DNA of 64,000 nucleotides from Eledone cirrhosa (lineage: Eukaryota). A model generated the notes under the pieces. It worked only from the letters and a program-made list of their open reading frames with translations. It had not been told where the DNA came from and ran no database searches. This document shows, in pieces, positions 29,326 through 42,365 of this stretch (position 1 is the first letter of the stretch; each line of letters starts with the position of its first letter). The stretch is from contig OZ024751.1 of the NCBI GenBank assembly GCA_964016885.1, forward strand, positions 19,530,001 to 19,594,000, in the 5' to 3' direction. A program made the position numbers and the translations under genes.

Positions 29326-29400
29326 AGGGCCGGCGCTACCTTTAAGGTTAACTAGGCAGCCACCTCGGGCGCACTCCTCAGAGAGGCGCATTACTGAACC
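29326..29400 (+). mobile_element. hAT-like MITE terminus
   Basis: CAGGGCCGGCGCTACC...TAGGCAGCCACCTCGGGCGC resembles hAT MITE left ends; no matching right end seen. Confidence 0.4.
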
Positions 29401-29478
29401 TTAGAAGATCACAGTTTATATAATTCATATAAATACATAATCTCCTGCAATCAACCATAATATTGCGCCACCTATGTC

Positions 29479-29518
<40 letters not shown>

Positions 29519-29692
29519 ATATTATTACTATATATATAAATTACTATATATATAAATTTGTTATTATTACTATATATATATATATATATATATATATGCA
29601 TGTATGTAAAAGGTAAACAGAAATAACAACACAATCGGTACAGTATATGGAAGGGATATATTAGGTTAACGCTTGATATAGCAGGAAGAGGG

Positions 29693-29728
29693 TCTTAACG
29701 TTTCGGACGCTAGTCCTTTATCAGAAGA
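29693..29728 (-). ncRNA. Minimal PLE-type hammerhead motif (G8A)
   Basis: Reverse strand: TCTT-CTGATAA-A GGAC tagc GTCC-GAAA-CG-TT-AAGA; downstream tail CAAGCGTTAACCTAATATA shared with 41558. Confidence 0.6.
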
Positions 29729-29891
29729 AAGAATGAGAAGTAAGATAGATTGAGGGGACGGGCAGGTTGGAATTGGAAAAAAATGTCTTTAGATAAAAAT
29801 AATAGGTCCATTCATGTTGACATCTTATATATATATATATATATATAAGTATGTATACGTACATACATATATGTATACAGACGCACAGTAG

Positions 29892-29936
<45 letters not shown>

Positions 29937-30162
29937 GCACACATATATATATATGTACGTATGGATTCACCGAACATTTATTATAATGCTCGGTATGTTT
30001 GTAAACAAACATCCCGAATTAAGCCGTACAGTGTCTAGCAACCATCGTTGCTCATTTGTTCAACACTGACAAAGGAACGCTGTACTAGTTTCAAGCTCAG
30101 CCGTTAATATGCATAAGGAAAGTATATACTTTCAGACGTTCAACCATCTGGCAGGAAGGTAT

Positions 30163-30205
30163 ACGTTGCTGACGATAGCTAATAAGCTTGAAACTAGTAC
30201 AGCGT
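30163..30205 (+). ncRNA. Complete minimal type I hammerhead ribozyme
   Basis: ACGTTG-CTGACGA(30169)-T AGCT aata AGCT T-GAAA-CTAG-TA|CAGCGT; palindromic stem III ACTAGT; predicted cleavage after 30199. Confidence 0.85.
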
Positions 30206-30466
30206 TCCTTTGTCAGTGTTGAACAAACGAGCAACGGTGGTTGCTAGACACTGTACGGCTTAATTCGGGATGTTTGTTTACAAACACACCGAGCATTATA
30301 ATAAATGTTCGGTGAATCCATACGTACATATATATGCGTGCATGTATGTATAAATATATACATACTACTGTGCGTCTGTATACATATATGTATGTACGTA
30401 TACATACTTACATTTAGGTAACAGCCGTACTAAGAGTGAGAAATGAAATTTCGTTTCATTTTTTCC

Positions 30467-30517
<51 letters not shown>

Positions 30518-30518
<1 letters not shown>

Positions 30519-30700
30519 CTGGTACTCATTTTCAACATACTGGAGCAACGTGAAAATGAAGTATTTTGCTCAAGAACACAACCCAGTCCTGGAATTGAAC
30601 CCACAATATTATACTCTATACAATATCACTCTTAACGGTTGAGATGCTTTGAGTCGGCTGGGGTTCAAATCATATTAACCATTAAACCACGCGCCTTCAT
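30518..30700 (-). mobile_element. tRNA-derived SINE (second family head), disrupted
   Basis: Reverse match to 48172-48320 (CTGGAGCAACGTGAAA..TTTTGCTCAAGAACACAAC). Confidence 0.75.
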
Positions 30701-31430
30701 CGGGGAATGTTTTGATAAATCAATAGCTCGCATACGCATAAAAGGAACCCTATAATGTGATTCAAATCATATTAACCATTAAACCACGCGCCTTCACCAT
30801 GGAATGTTTTGATAAATCAATAGCTCGCATACGCATAAAAGGAACCCTATAATGTGATTCAAATCATATTAACCATTAAACCACGCGCCTTCACCATGGA
30901 ATGTTTTGATAAATCAATAGCTCGCATACGCATAAAAGGAACCCTATAATGTGATTCAAATCATATTAACCATTAAACCACGTGCCTTCATCAGGGAATG
31001 TTTTGATAAATCAATAGCTCGCATACGCATAAAAGGAACCCTATAATGTGATTCAAATCATATTAACCATTAAACCACGCGCCTTCACCATGGAATGTTT
31101 TGATAAATCAATAGCTCGCATACGCATAAAAGGAACCCTATAATGTGATTCAAATCATATTAACCATTAAACCACGCGCCTTCACCATGGAATGTTTTGA
31201 TAAATCAATAGCTCGCATACGCATAAAAGGAACCCTATAATGTGATTCAAATCATATTAACCATTAAACCACGTGCCTTCATCAGGGAATGTTTTGATAA
31301 ATCAATAGCTCGCATACGCATAAAAGGAACCCTATAATGTGATTCAAATCATTAACCATTAAGCCACGCGCCTTCATCAGGGAATGTTTTGATAAATCAA
31401 TAGCTTGCATACGCATAAGAGAAACCCTAT
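30664..31430. repeat. 97-bp tandem repeat, ~8 copies
   Basis: Unit starts at 30664, 30761, 30858, 30955, 31052, 31149, 31246 and 31343. Confidence 0.95.
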
Positions 31431-32107
31431 ACCTAAACAGATAATGTGTCAGTTTAATTGCTGTGACTGATCCACCATGTCTAGGACGATACAGCTCACA
31501 ACTCTCAGCTCAAGTTAACTATCGGTATTCAATAGTAAAACAAACATTTGGTCGTTGATCCTACCTGGAAGTTATATGTTAGCATGTGACGAAGCTTAAC
31601 GTAAGGCGTATCAAGAACTTTCAGCTAAATCAACAAATACAATAAATATAACAAATAAACAAACAAACAAACATGCTATAAACCACACAGTGAAGTGTGG
31701 AGTCGGCTGTCAGATGGAAATCGTTGTAATGTAGTAGATCGAATTTTTCACTTACACACGTGTGTATGTATGTATGCGTCTGTCTATGCATGCACGAATG
31801 TGTACGTGCATGTATGTGTATATAAAATTGTATATACACACATACACAAACAAACACGCACAAGGGTCAACACGCTTGATAGGTTTTTTTTTTCTATGAA
31901 GACCTGCTGTCCAGCTCTCCTGGGATTTTCTTACCACTTTATATATATATATATCGTTATGTAATAAACAACATAAGATAATTATTTCATTTACCAGTGG
32001 TTTCTTGAAAGCAAACAAATCTGCTTTCAGTCATCAGAATGAAAAAAAATCGTGGTATTTTTATTGAATGTGGATTTCAAAACCTACGGAATTACTTCAC
32101 ACACACA

Positions 32108-32156
<49 letters not shown>

Positions 32157-32184
32157 TAGTTCCACAACAGTTAATTCACTATTT

Positions 32185-32225
32185 CCGAGAACAATTGTTT
32201 CACCTTAGTCAGATCATCAGCTCGG
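32185..32225 (-). ncRNA. Minimal type I hammerhead ribozyme
   Basis: Reverse strand: CCGAG-CTGATGA-TCTGACTAAGGT-GAAA-CAATTG-TT|CTCGG; perfect 5-bp stem I, weak stem II; adjacent to (TA)n. Confidence 0.75.
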
Positions 32226-32319
32226 TTTAAAGGAGATTGTACGGAAAAAGAAAAACAATTGTACGAATATATATATATATAAACATACGTGCATATGTGC
32301 CCACGTACACATATCTACA

Positions 32320-33230
32320 TACATGATAGCTGCATCTCGATTTCAAGAACTGCCACCAACTGATCCCCCTCTCACACATAGGTGACACGAATACGACTCT
32401 TTAGCCCTGCAAAAGATTTAGATTCCTTTGTGCATATGCTGCATTGATGAACTTTACTTCCACTTTGGCTCCCTGTTTCGTTTTGGCGAGTTTTCAACTG
32501 AGGTTGGGGTTCATACATACATACATACATACATACATACATGATGGCTGCCCCCTCGTTATCGAGTATGGCCATTGCACGATATAACATTATTAATAAT
32601 TATTAATTAATTCTATCGTACAATGCCTGTGCGTGAAGATTTTTTTTTTTAGAGTGAGGAAAGACTGTGCACTGAGCCAATCTCACTGTCTGAGCGACAG
32701 TATAGAAAAGAAGAAAAGATCAACATCATCGGTAACTACTGAGCCGCAGGTTTTATGTCGGAGTTATCCCAGTTTCCTGAGTTGCCTTCTAGAAGAATGA
32801 CGCGACAAAATCTAGGAGTCCTTCACTCCCAGTGGTTTAACTGCACGATCGGGTATCCAGCTAGATTATTTCTTTGTCCCCGCGCATTGCACACACACAT
32901 ACGAGTTGTCTGTTCAATACAAAGCTTGACCACTCTAGTGTACATGATGCTTAATTCTGGCATGAGATCAGACATACTTTTTAAAAACCGTTCATATAAA
33001 TTGCACATTAGTTTTGGTGCAGCTTGGACTGCCTGTGTATCTTGATGAACCTTGAAATAATCCTTTAGACCCCCATGAGCTTCACAGATCTTGTGGTATA
33101 TGTGGCATTGATAAGGGTGAACTGGTTTGTGTATTCTAATCAGTAGGGAGTATCCTATAGTGTGTTCAAGTATGAGATTGAAGTCCAATCTCTGACAGGT
33201 AGATTCTGCCATAAACTATATAAGTAGAGA
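32320..33230 (-). mobile_element. Degenerate LINE 3' fragments with C2H2-like zinc-finger remnants
   Basis: HQCSICTKESKSFAGLKSRIR and YQCHIYHKICEAHGGLKDYFKVH resemble the C-terminal zinc fingers of RTE-type ORF2. Confidence 0.45.
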
Positions 33231-33424
33231 AAGTTCCATTAATTTCATGTTCCCTTAATGACTATTTGTTTTCTTATATTCATCTTAATATTTACTTGCA
33301 TTACCCTGTTTTGATCCAAGGTTTTCAGACCATACCATACATACATACATACAGGTATGGTATGGTATGGTGTGGTGTGGTATGGTATGGTGTGGTGTGG
33401 TATGGTATGAACCAGTAACTACCG

Positions 33425-33799
<375 letters not shown>

Positions 33800-34431
33800 T
33801 TGGGGGGGGGGGGGGGCGAGTGTAACTGTATTGGTATTGGTGTTAGTGTAAAAGTAGTTAAGTAAATACATCTAATCTGTTTTGCTATTGTCAATACACA
33901 GCTTAGTACAAACTAACAGAGAAATTCTTTAAACAAATATAAAATAGGAAACATGGATATTTATATAGTATTTGTAAATGTAATGCGTTTCCATGGAGTT
34001 AGATTTGATAGGAAATTGTGGAAATTACCATAATGCGCGCGCGTTATATATATAATGTCTATATATGTATGTCTAATATATATATAATGTCTGTATACGT
34101 ATGTCTAATATATATCTATATATCCGTGTCTATGTGTGTGCATATATATATATATATATAGACATCTCTCTATATATAAAATACTTTGTCTCTGTGTATT
34201 GCCAAACATCCTTATTCATTCCCAAACGGCTCGACCAAATTAAATCAAAATGTACAAGGTATTAGACCCCGGGGTGTCAACATATATTGCTTTAATCCAA
34301 ATGAAAATAAAATTGATAACACTTTATCTAAAATAATCTACTGTAGACAACTATAAGTAAACGGAGGTTTTATAATACGACGGCGTCGTGTGGTGTGGTG
34401 TATGCGTGCGCGTTCGTTATGCCTTAGTAAG

Positions 34432-34566
<135 letters not shown>

Positions 34567-34602
34567 TATATAATATAAAATATTGGAACTTCCATCATAC
34601 TT

Positions 34603-35390
34603 TTGAGAAACATGGGCCCGCTATTTCTATGCAATGGTACACATTTTACAGTCAGGCGGATGAGGAACCATCTTCTAGAGGTTACTCTTCTTGGAGGCAA
34701 TCATCAAGGAGAAAATGTATTTATTCCCAAGATTCCTCTTATCCCTTTCTTTACCAAGCTGTCGTTCAAATTCCCAAGATGTCAGTTCCCTGTTAGAGCT
34801 ATTTCTGCTATCACCATAAATAAAGCTCAGACTCAAAGTCTCAAAGTTGTAGAATTGAATATGGTAGAATCGGATTTTACCCATGGACAGCTCTATGTAG
34901 GTTGTTCACGAGTAGGGACAGCTCTATGTAGGTTGTTCACGAGTAGGGACAGCTCTATGTAGGTTGTTCACGAGTAGGGACAGCTCTATGTAGGTTGTTC
35001 ACGAGTAGGGACAGCTCTATGTAGGTTGTTCACGAGTAGGGACAGCTCTATGTAGGTTGTTCACGAGTAGGGACAGCTCTATGTAGGTTGTTCACGAGTA
35101 GGGACAGCTCTATGTAGGTTGTTCACGAGTAGGGACAGCTCTATGTAGGTTGTTCACGAGTAGGGACAGCTCTATGTAGGTTGTTCACGAGTAGGGACAG
35201 CTCTGTGTAGGTTGTTCACGAGTAGGGACAGCTCTATGTAGGTTGTTCACGAGTAGGGACAGCTCTATGTAGGTTGTTCACGAGTAGGGACAGCTCTATG
35301 TAGGTTGTTCACGAGTAGGGACACCTAGAAATCTTCATATACTATCCACTAACGGTAAAACGAAGAATTTGGTGTATCTGGAAGATTGTT
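34603..35390 (+). pseudogene. Helitron Pif1-like helicase C-terminus (motifs V-VI), interrupted by a tandem repeat
   Basis: LCNGT..VFIPKIPL..FKFPRCQFPVRAISAITINKAQTQSL..FTHGQLYVGCSRVGT, resuming after the array as PRNLHILSTNGKTKNLVY. Confidence 0.9.
34885..35318. repeat. 31-bp tandem repeat x14 (GGACAGCTCTATGTAGGTTGTTCACGAGTAG)
   Basis: 434 bp = 14 x 31; one variant unit. Confidence 0.97.
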
Positions 35391-35536
35391 TTACTGTCAC
35401 ACACACCACGATCTCGCCTCATACTGTAAACCAGACAAACATCCAATACAGTCATATTTTCTCTTCTACTTGTCTTCTCTTATCTGTTTACCCGGGCGAA
35501 GCTGGACACATCAGCTAATATATATATATAGACAAC

Positions 35537-35578
<42 letters not shown>

Positions 35579-36039
35579 CACACATACGTCTTGTCTGAAG
35601 ATTCTGTGAGTGCGCAGGTGAAACAACTCCAGAGTAACAAGGGTAACCACTTATTCTCACATCAGTCAATAATACACGGATGGATGGATATGCATGCATG
35701 CATGTATGTATGTATGTGTGTAACTCTAACACACACACACCATTTCCTACTTCAGTCATGTTGCTACAAGCATCAACCATACACAAAGGGTTTCAAGTGA
35801 CTTGGTATCACAAGGTTTAATTATGAACACACTGAATAATCTAGTCTCTCTCTCTCTATATATATATATATAACTCAGGGTGCAGAATGACGGCAATGTA
35901 ATACCTAAAAATATTTTAATCATAGGGCTGTGACTGATTGGGGCTGACATGTGCCTAGGGCTATAAAAAAAAAAAAAAACGACAGCACCAATTTTATTTC
36001 TAAAAATAGAAAAAGGACGACCAAAGAGAAGGAACAAAA

Positions 36040-36845
36040 CAATTGTTTCTACTTTTAGCATAAAGATAACAATTTGAAGGGAAGGGGAAAATCGATTAAA
36101 TCGACCCTAGTGTGTTACTGGTACTTTATTTTATCGAACCCTGTAAGGATGACTGACAAAGTTAACCTCGGCGGGATTTGAATTCAGAATGTAAAGTAAG
36201 GTAAGTATATGCCGCAAAGCATCTTGTCCGACGCTCTACCGATACTGCCAATCCATCGTCCTTAATATTGGTTTGTGATTTAAGCAGAAGGCCAATAATT
36301 TTGGGGATGGAAGGGAAAATCGATTAAATCAAGTACCAGTGCGTGACTGGTACTTTATTATTTCATCGATTTCCGTATGAATGAAAAGCAAAACTAACCT
36401 CGGCGGGATTTGAACCCAGAACATAAAAGGATGTAACTATGGTGCAAAGCTTGTCCAACGCTCTACCGGTTATTGCCGATCCACTACCAATGAGAAATAA
36501 CTATATAATAGTTCCTAGTATAGGCACAATGCCAGTAATTTGGGGGGAGGAGAAAGTCGATTAAATCGACCCAGTACATTACTGGTACTTTATTTTATCG
36601 ATTTCGTAATGATAAAAGGCAAAGCTAACCTCAGCGGGATTTGAACTCAGAACGTAAAGGGTAATAACTTTATGCTGCTAAGCATGACGTCCGACCCTCT
36701 ACCGATACTGCTAATCCACCGCCTATAAATAACTAAATTGTTTCTACTTTTGGCACAAGGCCAGCAATTAACCCAGTGTATTACTGGTCCTTTATTTTAT
36801 CGACTCCGTAAGGATGAAAGGCAAAGGTAACCTCGGCGGGATGTT
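36040..36845 (-). mobile_element. Head-to-tail array of four major-family SINE copies
   Basis: Units at ~36040, 36270, 36510 and 36737. Confidence 0.85.
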
Positions 36846-36997
36846 ATCACACCTACATTCACTCAACATATAATATAGAAACCAACAATTAAAGCTAGAA
36901 ATAGAGTTTAAGATTTAAAAATAACCCTTGTTATTGGAGAGAGGGGGGAAGATACAGACAGAGAGAGACAGGCACACAGATAAAGAGAGAGACAGGC

Positions 36998-37068
<71 letters not shown>

Positions 37069-37429
37069 ATAAAGTTTTACTGATGGGTTACCCGAATCTA
37101 AAAAAAAGGGAGTACCAGTTTACATTTAAACAAATGAACTATTACTACAGGTAAAATAGTACATTTGTAAGAATCAATGAATGGTCCACTCTTATTATTG
37201 CTGTTATTGTTGTTTTAATCATCTTACATTGTGTTTCCATTGTCCTCTGCACGTATTGCTTTGTTTCCATGTAAACACGTACAATAACGTCTGTGGACCA
37301 ATTTAATGTTGAGTCGTTCCTGTTATCTAACGAAAGTTTGATTAGGTAGAGCAAGAAAAGAAAAATATCCTCCATTCTCACTTAGTATTCCAACGATACT
37401 AAGTGAGGAGGGGGGGGCGAGGATATTGA

Positions 37430-37599
37430 TTACTAATTTAGTCCCAAAGCCAGCAAATTTGAGGGTTAGAGATGGTGAAAAATTGATTAAATCAACCTCA
37501 GTACCAACAGGTACTTTATTTTATCGACACCAGGAATGGCTGAATTAATGGTTTCTAATTTAGACACAAGGCCAACAGTTTTGGTGAGGGAGGGGAAAG

Positions 37600-37640
<41 letters not shown>

Positions 37641-38085
37641 CACCAGTATTTAACTGGTACTTTATTTTATCGACATCCGGAATGGCTGAATTAATAATTG
37701 TTTCTACTTTTGACACAAGGCCAGCAATTATCCCAGTACATTACTGGTACTTTATTTTATCGACCCCGTAAGGATGAAAGACAAAGTTAACCTCAACGGG
37801 ATTTGAACTAAGATCGTAAAGGGACGTAACTATGCTGCAAAGCATGGCGTCCGACCCTCTACCGATACTGCCAATCCACCGCCCTGAAGGGGAGGCGGAA
37901 GTTAAATATATATATATAGACCCTAGTATTTAACTGATATTTAACTTTATTTCATCGACCCCCGGAAAAATGAAAAGCAAAGTTGATCTCGAAGAGATGT
38001 GAACTTAAAATCTAAGAAGACATAACAAATAACCGCAATGTTATTTTGTCTGACGCTCTACCAATTCTGCCAATCCACCACCCTA
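37430..38085 (-). mobile_element. SINE cluster (four partial or full copies)
   Basis: GGTACTTTATTTTATCGAC repeated; full copy 37697-37885. Confidence 0.85.
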
Positions 38086-38098
38086 AGAGTGGAAATTA

Positions 38099-38174
38099 CA
38101 GGGTGTCCCCCACAGTTAGCTACGTATTTAAATGTTATCATTTGATGTTTATTGCTGCCTTTTAGAACACCCTA
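38099..38174. mobile_element. Tc1/mariner-type MITE (CAGGGTGTC TIR, TA target)
   Basis: ta|CAGGGTGTCCCC...GAACACCCTA|ta. Confidence 0.55.
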
Positions 38175-39495
38175 TACTAACCCAGCTGTTAGTACTAGCT
38201 CAGCCTTCAGTACTAACTCGCTTTTCAGTTTTAACCCAGCCTTCAGCACTGACTAAGCTTTTTAGTACTAACCTTAGCCTTTAGTACTAACCCAGCCTTC
38301 CGTACCTGCCCAGCTTTTAGTACTAATCCAAACATCAGTACTAACCCAGCCTTCAGTACTAACCATCCTTCAGTACTAACCCAGCCTTTAGTACTAACCC
38401 AGCCTTTAGTACTAACCCAGCCTTTAGTACTAACCCAGCCTTCAGTACTAACCCAGCCTTCAGTACTAACCCAGCCTTCAGTACTAACCCAGCCTTCAGT
38501 ACTAACCCAGCCTTCAGTACTAACCCAGCCTTTAGTACTAACCCAGCCTTCAGTACTAACTCATCTTTCATTACTAATCCAGCCTTTAGTACCAATCCAG
38601 CCTTTAGTACCAATCCAGCCTTTAGTACTAATCCAGCCTTTAGTACCAATCCAGCCTTTAGTACTAATCCAGCCTTTAGTACCAATCCAGCCTTTAGTAC
38701 CAATCCAGCCTTTAGTACTAATCCAGCCTTTAGTACCAATCCAGCCTTTAGTACCAATCCAGCCTTTAGTACCAATCCAGCCTTTAGTACCAATCCAGCC
38801 TTTAGTACCAATCCAGCCTTTAGTACCAATCCAGCCTTTAGTACCAATCCAGCCTTTAGTACTAATCCAGACATCAGTACTAACCTAGCCTTCAGTACTA
38901 ATCCAGCCTTCAGTACTAACCCAGCCTTCAGTACTAACCTAGCCTTTAGTACTAACCATCCTTCAGTACTAACCATCCTTCAGTACTAACCCAGCCTTTA
39001 GTACTAACCCAGCCTTTAGTACTAACCCAGCCTTTAGTACTAACCCAGCCTTCAGTACTAACCCAGCCATCAATACTAACCATCCTTCAGTACTAACCCA
39101 GCCTTTAGTACTAACCCAGCCTTTAGTACTAACCCAGCCTTCAGTACTAACCCAGCCTTCAGTACTAACCTAGCCTTCAGTACTAACCTAGCCTTCAGTA
39201 CTAACCCAGCCTTCAGTACTAACCCAGCCTTCAGTACTAACCCAGCCTTCAGTACTAACCCAGCCTTCAGTACTAACCCAGCCTTCAGTACTAACCCAGC
39301 CTTCAGTACTAACCTAGCCTTCAGTACTAACCCAGCCTTCAGTACTAACCCAGCCTTCAGTACTAACCTAGCCTTCAGTACTAACCCAGCCTTCAGTACT
39401 AACCTAGCCTTCAGTACTAACCTAGCCTTCAGTACTAACCTAGCCATCAATACTAACCCAGCCTTTACTAATCCAGGCATCAGTACTAACCAAAC
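38175..39495. repeat. 18-bp minisatellite AGTACTAACCCAGCCTT(C/T)
   Basis: About 70 units; central block of variant AGTACCAATCCAGCCTTT. Confidence 0.97.
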
Positions 39496-40003
39496 TTTTA
39501 TTCATTTTCTTTTTCAAAATGGAGATTTTAAAAATATTTTTATGGGTGTCAGTCATTAGACTGCTTGTTTGTTTATGTTTGTTTGTATATGTTTAAGTGT
39601 ATAAGTGAGTGTGTGTGTGTGTGCGAGGATGCGAGCGTGCGTGCGTGCGTGCGTGTATATATGTGTGTGTTTGTATGTGTGTGTGTGTGTTTGTATGTGT
39701 GTGTGTGTGTGTATATGTGTGTGTGTTTGTATATGTGTGTGTGTTTGTATATGTGTGTGTGTTTGTATATGTGTGTGTGTTTGTATATGTGTGTGTGTTT
39801 GTATATGTGTGTGTGTTTGTATATGTGTGTGTTTGTGTACGTGTATGTATGTGTGTATGTGTTTATAAGTATGGATGTGTTTGTGTGTACATATATATAT
39901 ATATAAGTGTGTGTATGGATGTGTGTGTGTGTATGTCTGTTTATAAGTGTATGGATGTGTTTGTGTGTGTACATATATATATATAGATAAGTGTGTGTAT
40001 GGA

Positions 40004-40038
<35 letters not shown>

Positions 40039-40214
40039 ATGTCTGTTTATAAGTGTATGGATGTGTGTGGAGGTGTGTAAATGTATGCGTGATTAACTAG
40101 CATCAATTGCCAAAATCAATAATCCGCTCCCTGCTTTAGTTTCTGACATAATATATTCAAATAAAGCAGGTATTAGCAACTGCTCGGACACAGCTGTTAC
40201 CATGGTATCAACAA

Positions 40215-40595
40215 TAATTGTTTATACTTTTGGCACAAGGCCAGCAATCATACCAGTATATTACTGGTACTTTATTTTATCGACCCCGTAAGGATTAAAG
40301 GCAAAGTTAACCTCGGCAGGATTTGAACTCAGAAAGTAAAGGGTCATAACTCTGCTGCAAAGCATGGTGTCTGACCCTCTTCCGAATGGTTTCTTATATA
40401 GGCACAAGGCCAGCAATTTTGGGGGAGATGGGGAAAGTTGATTAAATCAACCCCAGTGCGTGACTGGTATTTTATTTTATCGACCCTGTAAGGATGAAAG
40501 GCAAAGTTAACCTCGGCGGGATTTGAACTCAGATCATAAAGGGACGTAACTATGCTGCAAAACATGGTGTCAGACCCTCTACTGACACTGCCAAT
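40215..40595 (-). mobile_element. Two tandem major-family SINE copies
   Basis: Same short-then-long arrangement as 44885-45300. Confidence 0.85.
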
Positions 40596-40990
40596 GATGA
40601 TTTCAAAATCATGTGTGTGTATGTATGCGAGAGCATGTGTGTGTATGTGTGTGAGCGTGTTAGCGTATGTGAGTAAGCGTATGTGAGTGAGTGAGTGCTT
40701 TTATCATTTCGTCAGACTGAGGGGAGAGACAGAACCATGACCTTTTTTAGGGGTCTCAAAGACTGGTGATAGAAGATATAGTTCTGGGGGAGAAGGGGAG
40801 GAGCATAAGGAAGATGCCTTTAAACCAGACATCTGATTCGAACGCTTATATCAGGGTGGACTCGGCTAAAGGCTCGCAATGGTAAAATAGGGGTGTTAAA
40901 CCTGGTTACTGGTTAAACCTTTCACCCAAATACGCCATGGTGAGATTTGAACTCGGAACGGAATGTTTATCTGTGTGTGAGTATATCAGC

Positions 40991-41068
<78 letters not shown>

Positions 41069-41072
41069 AACC

Positions 41073-41260
41073 AGTAGGACCCCGACGGCTGAGCTCAAGC
41101 CGTTTCGACGGCTAATTCAGTCCAGAATTAGCCGTCGAAACGGCTTGAGCTCAGCCGTCGTTGTCCTACTCGTTCCTATTACCCACTCTACTACCCTAAG
41201 TATTGAGTACTTTGGTGCGTTATGGTCCACCTGGTTCCTTACCACATGTCCTTCGTTATG
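41073..41260 (+). mobile_element. Fold-back hammerhead element (half ribozyme mirrored) plus tail
   Basis: Hairpin 41073-41170 containing GAAA-CGGCT tgagctc AGCCG-TC; tail CTCTACTACCCTAAGTATTGAGTACT; (TA)n on both sides. Confidence 0.7.
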
Positions 41261-41508
41261 TATGTATATATATATATATATATATATATAGTGGTAAGAA
41301 ACTACCAGGCGAGCAGGTCTTCAGATAAGAAACCCCACTCATGCGGGTGTTTCGGTCCTCAACTTCTAAAAAGCATTCTATCCGACGTTCTAACCCACGC
41401 TGCCAATTCGTCATATATATATATATATATATATTTCACATTATATTGTGTTCTTTACTTTGTAACTTCCCTCCTTAATCCCTCTCGGAGTTCCTGTTCT
41501 CTTCCTAT

Positions 41509-41540
41509 CCCGATGAAGGACTTAAGTCCGAGACGTTGAA
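41509..41540 (+). ncRNA. Degenerate minimal hammerhead motif
   Basis: CCGATGA-A GGAC ttaa GTCC-GAGACGTT; same family as 29693-29728. Confidence 0.5.
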
Positions 41541-41618
41541 ACCTCCACCACTTCAACCAAGCGTGAACCTAATATAGGTATGTACAATTGCCTCCTGTGT
41601 TTTGTTCGTTCATTTCAA

Positions 41619-41658
<40 letters not shown>

Positions 41659-41742
41659 AGTTTATCCCGGGTTCAATCGGGGGTAACCACAGTAAGTAAG
41701 GTACTCAATACATAGCAAAGTATAGATATTTAATATAGAAAT

Positions 41743-41793
41743 GGCTTCTACAGGATTAGGACTGTTTCATTCAAGAGAAATCATTAGGAAGCC
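41743..41793 (-). ncRNA. Type I hammerhead ribozyme (G5A in this arm)
   Basis: Reverse strand: GGCTTC-CTAATGA-T TTC tctt GAA T-GAAA-CAG tcctaatc CTG-TA|GAAGCC; perfect 6-bp stem I. Confidence 0.75.
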
Positions 41794-41839
41794 CTGATGA
41801 TTTCTCCCGAATGAAACAGTTCTAATTCTTGTAGAAGCC
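41794..41839 (+). ncRNA. Mirror hammerhead copy with intact core but no adjacent 5' stem I strand
   Basis: CTGATGA-T TTC tccc GAA T-GAAA-CAG ttctaattc TTG-TA-GAAGCC. Confidence 0.7.
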
Positions 41840-41994
41840 ATTTCTATATTAAATATATATATAGTAATAATAAATGAAGACTAAACTCCAAAGATCCCGT
41901 TAAGGGTGAACGCAGCGATTCTTTGCTTAAACTTAAATTTGTTCTTATAAGAGAGAGAGTGTGTATGTGTGTGGTGTGGTGTGGTGTGGTGGGT

Positions 41995-42365
41995 GGTGTG
42001 TGAGTGTGGGAGTGTGATGCGAGTGTGGGAGTGTGATGCGAGTGTGGGAGTGTGATGCGAGTGTGGGAGTGTGATGCGAGTGTGATGCGAGTGTGATGCG
42101 AGTGTGATGCGAGTGTGATACGAGTGTGATACGAGTGTGATGCGAGTGTGATGCGAGTGTGTGAGTGTGATACGAGTGTGTGAGTGTGATACGAGTGTGA
42201 TGCGAGTGTGTGAGTGTGATACGAGTGTGTGAGTGTGATACGAGTGTGATGCGAGTGTGTGAGTGTGATGCGAGTGTGTGAGTGTGATGCGAGTGTGTGA
42301 GTGTGATGCGAGTGTGTGAGTGTGATGCGAGTGTGTGAGTGAGTGAGTGAGTGAGTGAGTGTGTG
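41995..42365. repeat. GAGTGTGATGC minisatellite
   Basis: Direct reading. Confidence 0.9.

Noticed and set aside
30664-31430. CRISPR-like array
   Set aside because: Units are contiguous with no unique spacers; eukaryotic context; no cas genes
34885-35318. 31-bp repeats of CRISPR-like length
   Set aside because: No spacers; derived from helicase coding sequence
38359-39480. (LVLKAG)n ORFs
   Set aside because: 18-bp minisatellite artefact
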